Positions 35,644 through 49,862 of a stretch of 64,000 nt of DNA are shown here, one piece after another; within the stretch, counting starts at the first letter, position 1, and each line of letters starts with the position of its first letter. Under the pieces are notes generated by a model. That model searched no databases. It worked only from the letters and a program-made list of their open reading frames with translations, and had not been told where the DNA came from. The translations under genes and the position numbers were made by a program. Origin of the DNA: Eledone cirrhosa (Eukaryota); contig OZ024742.1 in NCBI GenBank assembly GCA_964016885.1, positions 279,434,001 to 279,498,000 of the forward strand. The letters are read 5' to 3'.

Positions 35644-38600
35644 GATTTCATTTATTAGCCACAAGGGCCGACATGTTGGGGACGATACAAAGACAGGGAC
35701 AGTGGGGGTTTACAATAAGGTCGAGTAAAAGTGCACACTGGCAAGACTAATTTAACAATGAAAATATAAAAATATAAAATAAACTATGCATAAATATAAC
35801 AAAATAAATTCCCCGATAGGGGGTGGAGGACCCTGGGGTGACTCGGGTACCCCACCAATCCTGAACCACCCTGCGCTTCTAGGGCACCCAGGGAGAGCAC
35901 CCCTCTCCTCAAGTTAGCTAGCCTATAGGCGCATGGTCAGAGTAGGCCCATTCACACGAGCCATTCTCGCCACATTCACCCACCTTTTAGCAAATGTACT
36001 GGGGGGGGGGGGGGCACTTTCCTCTCCACTCTCACCTTCCTTTCCAGGTGAAACTTGAAGAAGTTGATGAGGGATTGGCCGAAGAGAAAAGTGTCTGTCT
36101 GCAGTCCTTCTAACCTGGTCCACCATATAACCTCTTTCGCAACTGCCATCAGACAGGAAAATTTCCTGCTCTTCCTGACCCAAGGAAGGCGCTGGATCGA
36201 TCTTCACTATGGACTCGGCCGATAACCGGATTCGTTCCACACGCGACAGTAGCTGTTCGACATAACTCCACAAGTCAGTAATGCACGGACATTGGACAAG
36301 TGCGTGAAGATCGATTTCGTCGTTCTGTGCGCATCTTGGGCAGGTCCGTCTGACAGCACTTCCGTGCCTGTAGAGTTTATCCCGAACCGGCAGTGCCTCC
36401 CGGTAGCACTGCCAAGCGAGGGATTTCTGGAAATTGTCCATCGTCCCCGGCTCAAAAGTCCTCCGGTACACACTGGTCAGTTCGACTTCGTCGAGACCCA
36501 AAGATTCTCCGAGTGCGCCATCGCACTTGCCCACCACTAATCCTCTATAGAACTCGAGAGTGGAAGTTCCACTGATCGCATTCCCCGCTTCGTAGAGGGC
36601 AGTGAGTGCCTGGAAACATTCCAGGTGCCAGTCGCCCAGTCTCGGTCTCTTCTTGACCCAGGACTGCAGCTCAGTCAAAGAAATGAGCTGCGGAAAGGCC
36701 CGTCTGATAAACAGCGACCACACCTGTTCACCGTTGAGGCAGAATATCTGGAGATGTCGCAGCCTCACCGCATCTCTGCGCATCATTAGCCACGGCCCGC
36801 CCAGCCCTCCGCGTAGAGGGTGCTGGCAGCAGATGGACCGCCTCACCAACGGAACTTGTCCCCTCCACTAGAATTTGAAGAGGAGGCGTTCCAACTTGAC
36901 GAAGCGCGGATGGGGGCAAGGCACGACGGTCAGGTGGTAGTAGATGACAGACGCAATGTACGCATTCGCCACCTCCGCGCGATTTTTCAGTGATAGCTTC
37001 CTCCCAGCCCATTTTGGGTGAGACTGGATACTCTGCTCATTACCTCGTCCCAATTCTTTTCCACCTGGAGGTCTGGTCCGAACCAAACCCCGAGCAACTT
37101 TACCGGTCCGTCCAGCGCCCCACGACGCTGTTGGACGGCATGGTCTTGCCTCTCCAGGTTCCGAGCTGCAAGCCCACCGACTTTTCCGGGTTAAGTTTGG
37201 CTCCTGTCAACCTTTCATATTCCTTCAATAAGGTGCCGACCATCTCGATTTGTGAGGTGTTCGACACCATCACGGCAATCTGACAAGGTAAGGACTGAAA
37301 TCCGCTACTCTCTCTGACTCGCCACTCTCCCCGAACAACCGAGCAACGTTTTGGCGAAAGGCCTCAAGACCGAATTGTGGTTTTATTACCACGCTGCGCC
37401 TCCGCCACGCGGCTCCATCGAACAGCTTTGGTTCCCTCGTTTCTCAGCGCACGCGCCTTAGCTCTGACAATGCAACCTTCGTGTTTCGCATTGAAGAAAT
37501 GGTCTAATGCCATTCTTGCCGCTAGCGCGTCAGTTGCAATGCCACTATAAATAGCCTCGTCTAACTTATCTTACAGCTCCCCCTCCTTTCTATTTTTCTC
37601 TAACGCTAGTTATTTGCTGAACTCTATTGAAGTTACTCTAATCTCTCTTTTGAGAGCCCTCACCATCTGTTGTTGATGATCCCCCCTGTCAACTTTTGCT
37701 TATCTAAATTGTTGACTCGGTCCCTGTAAGCCTTACGGACCGGAAATGACATGTTCAGCTTCCAGGAACCCGGTCCTTACCTACGCGTTTTATCTAGGTC
37801 GACCGTACAGATCACACATTTGTGATCTGAATAGGCGACCGCTTTAAAAGGTGGGCAGCCCACACTATTTCTATCTATTTTCCTAATGAAGATCCTGTCT
37901 ATATACGATCTAGATGACCCCATTTGGTTGGTCCATGTCCATACTGGCACATTGGGGAAATCTAGTCGATACCGGCCAGACAGTTGGAACTGGCTGAGTA
38001 GGTTCTTGAGGCTTTTGCACCCCCCACTCCTATCGGCTACTCCCACACAATCCCAGCGTGCGTCTAAGATGCCATTCCAGTCCCCCGCTAACAGTAAAGG
38101 GCGAGACGTACACAGAAAGGTCTCCAGGCGCCTAAAGAAGTCCGGTCGTCCGGCCTCAGTAGAGGCGTAGACGGCCAGCAGTCTAGAGGCACCACCTTCG
38201 CTACTGCTCACATCCAAGACCACCAACTTACCATCCGGGGCCGGAAGATCGACCTTACCTCGAGATCCAGTCCTTTCCTAAACAGCACTGCCACCCCACC
38301 CTCCATTCCCGGCCTGCTAACAGATCCGAAGATCTGATAGTCATCGAAAACGGGGGCTATTGCGCACGTGTCGGAAATTCTGGTCTCGCTGACGGCAATC
38401 ACAACCATTTCCAGCGACCTGAGGTCGTTGAGCAGGCGACCCTGATTCCAGGGTGACCCCAGGTCGCGAACATTTAGACTTCTTACTATTAATATGGTCA
38501 TGTTGGTAAGCTAAGAGAGAGAGGGAAGGTTTACTTACCTCCCGGGATCTTGTGAAGGTCGGGTGGTTCGACCTCCATGGTTGGTGGGGTTTCTTTTGGG

Positions 38601-40640
38601 AACCCCTTTAAAAGTCTCGATGTGGGTTTCACATTCGGGGTTCCCACGTTTTGAGGAAAGTTCTCTCGAATTTCTTTGAAGGAATTGAGTGACATTCGGA
38701 CCAGAAGCAAATCTTCTGGTACGCAAAATGTGCTCCTTTCAAAAATCTCCCCCTCTGTCTGAATGTCCTCGCTTCGCGCTAAGAGGGCCATCAGTTTATC
38801 GTTGGCCCTTCTGACAAGCATGAAGTTTTTAACATTTTGTTGGTGTAGTTTTATTTGTTTTAGTTTTGGTGACTGTGGTGGTGAGGTTTTTTGTGGTGTT
38901 GTTTCGGGTATGTCTGTGTTTGTTGTAGGGGTGATGTCTGCAATTTCAGGTATTTGTGTATTTATTTGTACTTGTGTTTGTTTAGGTTGTTTTCGTTTCG
39001 GGGATTGTGGTGGTGGTGTCGATGTTGCTGTTGGTGCTGATGTTATTGGAAAAGTGTTTGCGTTAGTAGTGTCTGTATTTTTTGTTGTGTATGTTTTTGT
39101 GTTTTGTTAGGGCTTTTTTTTTGTGAGTTTTCTCTGTTTTGTTTTTTTGCACTTTTGGGTTTTCCTTCATCTTCGCTGCTGGAAGACAAATGGTCTGTGG
39201 CTGTCAGTGTCTCCGTGTCTGTGTGTGCGTTTATTGTTTTATCTATGTGTATAATTGGGGGGGGGGGTAGTGGGAGTGGGAGAGCTTTCCTCGTTTTCCC
39301 CTTGGATTAGTTTTGGTGTTGGTGGTGATCCGGCTGTTTTTGATGTTGGTGTCCGTGTCTTTGTTGGTGTTGCTTTTGGTGGTCGTGCAGCTTTCCGTGC
39401 TGACACTGGCGTTGGCAACAAAGGAGGTTTGCGACCTCCTGCATTTTTGCGCTGTGGTCAGAAGGCTTGCAGATGCGTTGCTTCCCCGCAGACAAAGCAG
39501 CGTGGCCTTCTTCCGTCAATGATTAGTTGGATTGTTGTCCCGTCCTGCAGGCAGGCAAAATCCGGGATGCTGTTCATGTCCTCCGGTTTCATTTGGAGAA
39601 GAATCTCCAAATCCATTCCGGACCAGTCCTCTCTCTTTGTCCTTTTGATATCCAGGAGGGTAGTGTCTGTCCCCTCCTCGATTACGCATCCCAGCAGCCA
39701 CCATATGTTCATTCCTGGTGGGATGCTTGGAATGCGGACCTTTACTGTCCTTTTATCCATGTAGAAGGGATGCATGATAATGCGTTCCGTTCTGCAAGGG
39801 GTCACCGAGTGCTTAATAGCAAGGGCCTCGGTTTATAAGAGTACCGAGATGGTACCGAACTGTTTGCCTCTTGCTTTATACTCTATGTTACTTCCGATGT
39901 ACTCCAAAGCAGCCTCGACCTCTGCTTGGCTGGCAAGTTCCGCTTTTCGCGTCTGCACCGAAATACATCGAAAGTACACCGTCCTCCTTTGCATGGCCGC
40001 TATTGCCTCGTCCGGGATGGTCAGGTTTGCCCAGGACTTCTCTCGTTTAATTAGCCTCCACGCTTTGGCCAACTGTTCGTCTTGATCGCTAATATCAATA
40101 TCAATATTCAATAAGCGCTTTGTTTTTGCTGCTGCTGTAACAAATGTGGTGTTTCTGATGCTCTTATTGTTGTTGTTGTCATTCTTGCTGTTGTTATTGG
40201 TGTTGTTGTTGTTGTTTTGTTTGTTGATGCTGTTGTCACCGCCAGCCGTGTTTACATTGAAGCTGTCGGTGTTATTGTCGTTATTGCTCTGAGTTGTTGT
40301 TGTTGTTGTGGTGGTGGTGGCGGTGGTGGTGGTGGTGATGTCGTTTTCAATGATACTGCTGCTATCACAGTGGGTTGTGATGGTAGCTTTTGAGTTTTGC
40401 CTTCACATTCAGTAGAGTGGATGACAGGCATGACTGTAGCCGTCGTAGTCGTGGTGAAATATACAGTGGCTGCCTTTAAACTTCTGACCTGAACGTTGGT
40501 TACCGTTTCAAGGTCGAACATTTCCATATTTATTTTTAGGTGGGGAAGCGATTTTTTTCGAATTTTTTTAAAAATAAATCTGAATATTCGGGCTTATCGC
40601 CCGAATATTGAGATGTATCCCTCTCTTTAAATTAAGATGT
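35644..40640 (-). mobile_element. Near-full-length L1/Tx1-clade LINE, decayed, RT core deleted
   Basis: ORF1 pieces span 40527-38531 and include the zinc knuckle RPRCFVCGEATHLQAF*. ORF2 starts at 38501 with AP endonuclease motifs (SLNVRDL, SETR, LLAGDWN, SRSYIDRIF, SDH). A junction at ~37280 skips the RT core. The C-terminus has CPRC..E..HALVQC, followed by a 3' UTR and (ATT)n tail at 35610-35643. The 5' boundary is approximate. Confidence 0.9.
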
Positions 40641-40687
40641 GTACCTTAAGTTTCGTTAACGACAAGAAAATACAAAAAATGACATTA

Positions 40688-40785
40688 ATTGTTTCTACTT
40701 TTGGCACAAGGTCGGCAATTATCCAGTGTATTACTCGTACCTTATTTTATCCACCCCGTAGGGATGAAAGGCAAAGTTAACCTCA
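40688..40785 (-). mobile_element. 5'-truncated SINE
   Basis: 3' tail plus central domain only. Confidence 0.8.
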
Positions 40786-40849
40786 ATGATTTATTTATAC
40801 ACCAGAAAGGGTATACATTCTGACAGTACAGGACGAAAACATAGAGTGT

Positions 40850-40897
<48 letters not shown>

Positions 40898-41049
40898 GTG
40901 TGTGTGTGTGTGTGTGCGTGTGTACGCGCGCGCGCGCGAGCGTGTGTTGGTGTCTGGGTTGTACGTGTAAACACATTTTAACAATGATAGAAACAGGTAG
41001 CAATAACATTTAAAAAAACGGTTCCTCAATACGGAGGAAACGTTCGAGG

Positions 41050-41615
41050 GTCATTCGAACGTTTACTCTGATCTTTAGAGTAAGTAACCGGTTCCAGTTG
41101 TGCTCCTCCAATCTACAGGCTCACACACAGTGGGTGCATTCGCTCGGACCAAGCTCACTTCTCTCACCCACTCTTCAGCAAATTGCTTTGAAGGTAGCAA
41201 TTATCTCTCTACTCTGATTTTCCTCCTGAAGTGGAACCTGAAAAGGTTAATCAGGGCTTCTCCAAAGAGGAGAGTGCTTGTGTTTAGACCTTTCAAGCGT
41301 CTCCACCATACAACCTCTTTCACCATGGTCACAAGATATAAAAATTGCCTGCCCTTTTTTACTAAAACACGGTGGCAGGGAAATCTTCATTATGGCCTCA
41401 GTTGATAACCGAATTTGTCCTACGCGGGACATAAACGCACAAGTCAGCAATACTAGGACACTGGATGATTGCGTGCTGGACGGTTTCGTCGTCTTTCGCG
41501 CATGTCAGACAGGCCGGATGACGGCACTTCCATGTCTATAGAGTTTATCTCGAACTGCCAAAGTTCATCGGTAACACTGCCAGGCCAGGGATTCCTGGAA
41601 ATTACCCAGCGGCCC
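41050..41615 (-). mobile_element. Diverged L1/Tx1 3' fragment
   Basis: Similar to 35940-36450 (NFQESLAWQCYR..VRDKLYRHGSAV..TQSSSVL..LTCAF). Confidence 0.7.
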
Positions 41616-41914
41616 TAGAGTCAATGTGAATTATCAAGAAAGGAACACAACAGTATTTGAGAATGATCCCTGGTTTACCCTCTCTGCAAGAGGTGCAAAA
41701 AATGTTTTAACTGATACTGCACACTTATAGAGAAGAGAACTATCTCTCTGAAAATTATAATCAATTTGGTGTTTTAACTGGCTTACCAATGTAAACAATG
41801 GGTTTATTTGACTTAGATTTCAGGAGGACAATCGGCATATAACGGAAACAATACTGAAGGAAAAGGAAAAAGAATGATAATGATAATAATTATTTATTTA
41901 TTTGTTATTATAAT

Positions 41915-42099
41915 AATTGTTTCTACTTTAGGCACAAGGCCAGCAATTACCCAGTGCATTACTGGTGCTTTATTTTATCGACCCCGTAAGGATGAAAGGC
42001 AAAGTCAACCTCGGCGGGATTTGAACTCAGATCGTAAAGGGACGTAACTATGCTGGAAAGCATGGCGTCCGACACTCTACCGATACTGCCAATCCACCG
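41915..42099 (-). mobile_element. Full-length SINE in an (AAT)-rich site
   Basis: Intact A/B boxes, central domain and tail. Confidence 0.9.
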
Positions 42100-42662
42100 A
42101 TGATTTCTGAATAATGGTCCAGATATGGCTGGCATTAAGCAGGATAAGCTATTAGTTTGCTGTGATATATATTAATTATATACTCGCTTAATTTGTTTGT
42201 AGTCGAAAATTGTGTCAAAGACATGACAGTCATCCATGTGCTGGTGCCATGATAAATCTCAACTAGAACACTGTGTCCAGTAGAGGAACCTATGCAAGCT
42301 TGATATCATTTCCGGTGTCTTTGCTATGTCATTGGCTCCACCTAGGTACCGTCTTGATCTGTGACGAACAGATATTTTCTAGCAGAGAAAACGGATATGA
42401 AATTATGACGAAGATGGAGGTGGTGATGATGATGAGGATGATGATGATGATGATGATGATGCTGATGATGTTAAAAATGGTACGACGGCGACGATAATGA
42501 AGATGAAGATGATGATGATAATAACGGTGCTGGAAAGTAAAAAAAAGAAATGTATACATAATTTCATCAAAATATTTAACAAGAAATCCATACATATTCG
42601 TCCATACGCTGAGATATAGATATATAGTTATATACATACATATATATCGTTATATACACACG

Positions 42663-42729
<67 letters not shown>

Positions 42730-43344
42730 GGGGTTCCTTCTTTCTCACACCGCACTCACGGCGTACGGTCTGCTTCTCTGACAGCTCATGAAATTCACCC
42801 AGATAATGCTGATCGGATAACTACCATGTGGCTTGCTGTTTTCCAACCTGCGGTTTGCTTTTCCTTCCGTTGTTTACTTGTCTCACTCGCTTTACGCGAT
42901 TCACTTGTCCCAATAGCTTATTTTAGTTATTGCTCGCACCAACCTGAGTGAGGTATCTGATTTTTAATGCGATGAAATACCAATGATGGTTGGCAAATCA
43001 CTGATGAGGGACTAATTTTATAATATGTAATCCATGTGCAACCATGCAGTATTCTTCTCCCCTTGTTTTTCATATATATATATATATGCATATAGATACA
43101 GACACATATATACACATGCATGAACATTTCAGACTTACACACAGACCACACATACATAACCACACAGCCACACTGATATACATCTATATTTAATCATATA
43201 TATATATTTACATACATATATTCTAAATTTCTGAAGAATTATATGAAAACATAATATAAAATAGTAAGAAGACAATAGGAACAAAAGAAGGAATGTGATG
43301 CTAACCGAAACCATGCATCGGTAATGAAAAATGAGGTAGGCTCA

Positions 43345-43383
<39 letters not shown>

Positions 43384-43537
43384 TAAAGAAATAAAAGTTA
43401 TTAGGAATATAGGAATGCGGGAAATAGTTCCTGGGGAGGGTGTCTCAGAAAAGGAAAAGATGACAAAAATGTCCAATGCTTATACATATATGCGTGCCTG
43501 TACTTATATATATGTATATGTGTGTATATATATACAC

Positions 43538-43573
<36 letters not shown>

Positions 43574-43582
43574 ATGTATGTG

Positions 43583-43692
<110 letters not shown>

Positions 43693-43700
43693 TATATATA

Positions 43701-43744
<44 letters not shown>

Positions 43745-44353
43745 TATATATATAAAGTTATATATATACAGATACACACAACACACACATATATATATAT
43801 ATATAAACACACACACACATACATATACACGCGCGCACACACACACATATATATAAATATATATATGTGTGTGTGTGTGTGTGTGTAAAGCACGTTAGAC
43901 TCACAGACAGACAAACAAACAGAGAAATGTGAAAGATGATTATATTTAATATAAAAAGAAAAAGCAGTCAAAGTAAAAGTGAAAAATCATAAAAGAAACG
44001 AAAAGTAAAGTGTCGAAACCGAGAATGATTTAGTTACTGTTGGTAACAGATTAGTAAATAATACATAAGAAATGCAAGGAAAAAATATTTAGACGTTTGA
44101 AGAAGGACATTTATTTACTATATGCATTTATTTATTCATTCTTTTTCTCATTTATTACTTATTTCGTTTATTTGTTCTTTTTATATTGCTTTAAAAAAAT
44201 TTATTATTGTTATTATTTATAAAACCAAAGCTGTCTTTGGTATTTGAAATGTCTGCTGCCTCACACATTATATTATATATTTGTTTCATTTATTTGTTAA
44301 TGTAGAGAGATGTCGTTAGTATTAGAGAGGTGGGAGAGAGACAGAGAGAGACA

Positions 44354-44411
<58 letters not shown>

Positions 44412-44555
44412 CAATGTGTGTAAGTAAGAGATGGAAAGCATAGAGATAGATAAACATGAAAGAGGGGGGAATAAACAAAGAAAAGAGAGAAATATGGTGA
44501 GAAGAAAAGAAAGCAAACTATGTATATATATATATGAGCGTGTGTATGTGTGCGA

Positions 44556-44597
<42 letters not shown>

Positions 44598-44788
44598 TCG
44601 CGTGTGTGTGTGTTGTGTTAGGTAATTCCGAAGGAAAAGGAAAGAAAAAAAGAGTGCTCTATGTATAGAACAGAGCTATTTAATTCGAAAGTGTGATGAC
44701 CGATCCAGACGTATATTAATATTGTCTGGGATCTAGAAACCATTGGTAATTGAGTAGTTATATTTTGTGTTGTTCACTTTCTAATTAA

Positions 44789-44846
<58 letters not shown>

Positions 44847-45108
44847 ACATATATATATATATATACAATAGCCCAATTTTCCTCAATTTCTCTCGCACTC
44901 TTTACCCTGTATATATATATATTATATATATATTATATATATATATGTATATATATATATGTATATATGTGTGTGTATGTATATATATGTGTGTGTGTGT
45001 GTGTATATGTATCTATTTATATATATATATACGTGTGTGTGTATGTTTGTTTGCATATGTGTATCTTCATATATAAAGAGAGAAAGGGAGAGAGAGATAT
45101 GTAGATAA

Positions 45109-45142
<34 letters not shown>

Positions 45143-45177
45143 CGAGCGAGAGAGAGAGTGAGAGAGAGAGAGACAGC

Positions 45178-45232
<55 letters not shown>

Positions 45233-45663
45233 AAGTAAAAGTAAAATATGATGTTGGTATCGTTTGGTCTGTGTAGAATTTTCTGTGAAAATGTCTGAAA
45301 GAGTTTTAAATAACAAGCCCAATTATTTTATTGAAGTTTACTGAGAAAAATTTCTTGTTTATAATGGAAGAGATTAGCTTCAAGGTTGGGTGTATTTGCT
45401 TTTGTTTCAGTTTTATTTACATTTATGAGTTTTTCACACGTTTACTTTCTTGAAAGTTTTCTCTGAGACTTGGTTGAATGTGTTGCCTGTTGGCTAATTA
45501 TTGTATGTGAGTTGTGCAAGTGCATTGCAATGTACTTTAGTTATTTTTGTTTGCCTGGAACCCGTTGTAGATGTATCTGTAAGTGTATGCAACTATGTAT
45601 GTATGTAGGTGCGTACGGATGTCTATGCAACTATGTATGTATGTACGTACGTATGTATGTGTG

Positions 45664-45735
<72 letters not shown>

Positions 45736-46238
45736 TGTATGTATGTACGTAAGTGTGCATGTGTACATAGGTATCTGTGTATGTATATAAAAGTATGTAT
45801 GTGTTTATATATATATTGATATTTGTGTCTGAGTGAATGCATGCTCCCGCCTTCTTGCCAGAAAACACATGAGTTCCACCAAACATTGGACATATTGTTA
45901 TAGTGGTAAATAAAATATTCAAAATGAATTGAAATGATTTCAAATCTATGTGATTGAGATAACATGAATTTGGAACACCAACATTATTCTATACCAAACA
46001 TACGTATCAAATATATATACCATGCTGATGGTATAGCAAGACACATCGGTCACTGGAATGGTTTCTTCATTTTCCTCGGAGGAAGAGTAATTAATCTCGA
46101 CATATGAATAAATTAAGGTAAAAAACAACCTCTGCTTCTGACAATATAATTATTTTCCGTGCAAAAACGCATTGTTGCGGCTTTCAATCTTCGAATCTTT
46201 TATACCATACACAATACTTCAAGTAAACTACAAATTCC

Positions 46239-46272
<34 letters not shown>

Positions 46273-46279
<7 letters not shown>

Positions 46280-46698
46280 ATAGTGGTGTAACACACGAGC
46301 TGTGATATATTGGTAAAAGGAAAAGAAAATGCTGACAAATTGTTCCCAGTGAAAAATAGTTTAATTAGGAATAAGTAAAAATTAGTAATAAGTATTGGTT
46401 TGTATTCAGTTTTAGCTTAAATTTTTACCGGTTGCGCATTTCTAATGCTTTTCAAAAATAATTTTGAGATAGAGCGCCTGTGATGTTTGCTCTATCTCAA
46501 AATTAGATTAGAGCAAACATCACGGACGCTCTATCTCAACATTATTTTTGAAAAGCATTAGAAATGCGCAACCGGTAAAAACTTAAAACTAAAACTGAAT
46601 ACTAACCAATACTTATTACTAATTTTTACTTATTCCTAATTAAACTACTTTTCACTGGGAACAATTTGTCAGCATTTTCTTTTCCTCTTACCAATATA
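46273..46698. mobile_element. Fold-back palindrome in (TA)n, relative of family B
   Basis: Arms ~46304-46494 and 46509-46698. HHR-like ttt TTGAAAA gcatt aga aatgc GCAAC CG GTA aaa at 46545-46580 (A13C in both arms). Confidence 0.85.
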
Positions 46699-46845
46699 TC
46701 TATATATATCTATATATATGTAAAAGAATGACCACCTGACTAAGGAAACTTCTTGTTGAGTCAATCAACGCCGTACGTTAAAACTATCCTCAACACAGAG
46801 TACTCACAACCTCTAGTTTGAATACCTTAAACGATACCTTGTTAT

Positions 46846-46909
<64 letters not shown>

Positions 46910-47332
46910 TACATACATATATGCATATATATATATGTTTGTGTGAGTATGTGTAAGCATGTGTGTAGTGTGTGCGCGTTTATATATGCAATATGTATGC
47001 ATATATTTATAAAATGTGAAATAAAGAAAATCCTTGGTACAATAAAATATATTTGAAATAAAAAAAGATAACGTCATTGGTGGTTCGTTTTCATTAAGAG
47101 TTCAATCTTTTACAAAGTGTCATTAATGTTATTTGCCCATGTAAGCCATTGTTGACTTATGTCGAGTACCTTCAGGCCTTCCTCGGTGATTGTCAAATTG
47201 TTTTTTTAACTTTTGATATTGTGTTGATGTAAATAATGTGGGATTGTCCCCTTGGAGCGATGAAATTATATGTACAGATAAAATATATATATATATGTGT
47301 GTGTATGTGTGCGCATATGTCTGTATATATAT

Positions 47333-47369
<37 letters not shown>

Positions 47370-47370
47370 A

Positions 47371-47440
<70 letters not shown>

Positions 47441-47518
47441 TTATATATATATATATATTCATTTATACACATATACATATATATATAGAGAGAGAGAGAG
47501 AGAGATAGAGAGAGAGGG

Positions 47519-47588
<70 letters not shown>

Positions 47589-48689
47589 CTAAGGGATAGC
47601 AGAAGGCCGACGGGCTTTTGATTCCAGAGTCGGGTCAGATCGATCCAAATCGCACCTTGAGCGGATCAATCGCGTCATAATTATAGTGTAGATTAATTAT
47701 TCAGCTGAATGTCTGAATATTGTTTACAATTGAATTGCTTTACATTACAACGTTTAATATTGTTGCAATTAAATAGTGAAGATTTTCGCACTTTCGTACT
47801 GTTTCCTGTTCACACTGATTCAGACTTTAGCAACGGATTTCCTGCAACTGCAGTTCATCTTAACCTTATTTCCTTTCCATTATGGAACTTATATTTATGA
47901 CCTGCGAAACAATCGTTCGCTTTCTATGAAGGATTATATTATAAAATATATCATTTACTATTTTTCTAAGGGATATTCTTGTTGTGTATGTAACATATAT
48001 TATATTTAAAACCACTTCGTCATTTTACTAATGAGCGTAGCATGGCTAATGAAGTCATAGTCACATTTTGAAGCGATTATTTCTGATAGTTTCAGATTTA
48101 ACTAAATATACTTCAATTTCTCGTTCGGTTTACCTTTTTATCTAAATAAAATATATAATCACAGCAATTACTTATATTGATATTAAATGTGATCTTCAAA
48201 TCTAAGATTTTGAATATATTTTTTTTTTGTGGGCGTTCATTCTTCGCACCATCGTCCCAGGGAAGGACAAAATCTATTTAGCAATTCATATACCACAGTC
48301 CCAGCGTGCATGCATACATCAAACACATCCACTTCATTAAGTTTAACCTAAAAAGAATTATAGTAAAATATACAACATTTCTTATGAGACATAATAATAT
48401 TAAAGGATAAATTACTAATTGAAACAAAATATCTAAAGATTTTCAAGAACGGAAATAGTTATAGATGGATAGAATTATGCTATTTTTATCTGCATGTATA
48501 GAGAAAATTGCTAACAATGTATGCAATCCAACAGCATGATAAATGTCAGTGTTATGAATGATGGAATCTAAATTATTTTTATTTACCCTTTCTCAATTTT
48601 TCCCCTTAATTTACTTGGGAATACTGATATTTTATGTAGTATATATATATATATATATGTATATGTACATATGTATATATATATATATA

Positions 48690-49774
48690 TTTCAATTTAG
48701 TAGTCAATTACAATTATTAAGCTCTAAGAAAATACTTCTGAGCATTACATTACAATTTAAAAAAATATGATCAACACTAATGTGTTTTTTTTTTGCAAAA
48801 TGACAATAATTTTTTAGTCAGATAGAAATACCTTAATTCAAGTACATATAGTCCGCCCCTATCGATCTAGAAAATATTAAATATTAAATCTATACTTACA
48901 GACGTAAAATGGCAACTGCCTGGTGCCTAGACAAGTTTAAATTTCAAAATTCAAACCTATGCAGCAGATCGGTTGGAACTTCAAAACATAAACCTGTTTC
49001 ATAAAGGATGGTATACTAATGAAATAATTAATTAATTACGGAACAACTATTTATAAAATAATTATTAGTGAAGTAATCAATTTTCTGTGATTTTCAATAG
49101 GCACCCAGAAATTATAGTCACTTCTCCTAAGATAATAATCTTAAGACTGATCTGTCGCAAGCCTAATACATGTGCTTTTGCACACGACCTTCTCAGCATT
49201 CTGGCTCATATCCATGGCGCTAGAAATAACAGCCGTAAATATGGGATTATAAATTCAGCTCTACCGAAGGAGCAGATTTATTTCAATTTAGTAGTCAATT
49301 ACAATTATTAAGCTCTAAGAAAATACTTCTGAGCATTACATTGCAATTAAAAAAAATATGATCAGCCGTAAATATGGGATTATGAATTCAGCTCTACCAA
49401 AGTAGCAGTGACTATAATTTCTGGGTGCCTATTGAAAATCACAGAAAATTGATTACTTCACTAATAATTATTTTATAAATAGTTGTTCCGTAATTAATTA
49501 ATTATTTCATTAGTATACCATCCCTTGTGAAACAGGTTTATATTTTGAAGTTCCGACTGATCTACTGAAAAGGTTTGAATTTTGAAATTTAAAATTGTCT
49601 AGGCACCAGGTAGTTGCCATTTTACGTCTGTAAGTATAGATTTAATATTTAATATTTTCTAGATCGATACAGGCGGACTATATGTACTTGAATTAAGGTA
49701 TTTCTATCTGACTAAAAAATTATTGTCATTTTGGAAAAAAAACACATTAATGTTGATCATATTTTTTTAAATTG

Positions 49775-49777
<3 letters not shown>
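48690..49777. mobile_element. Non-coding element with partial tandem (period 591) plus inverted arm, in (TA)n
   Basis: 48690-48773 is repeated at 49281-49364, and 48750-49122 is the reverse complement of 49408-49777. HHR-like ccta TTGAAAA [90 nt] GAAAC AG GTT ta at 49428-49542. Confidence 0.75.

Positions 49778-49862
<85 letters not shown>

Noticed and set aside
42995-43060. CTGATGA motif
   Set aside because: No downstream GAAA or stem III.
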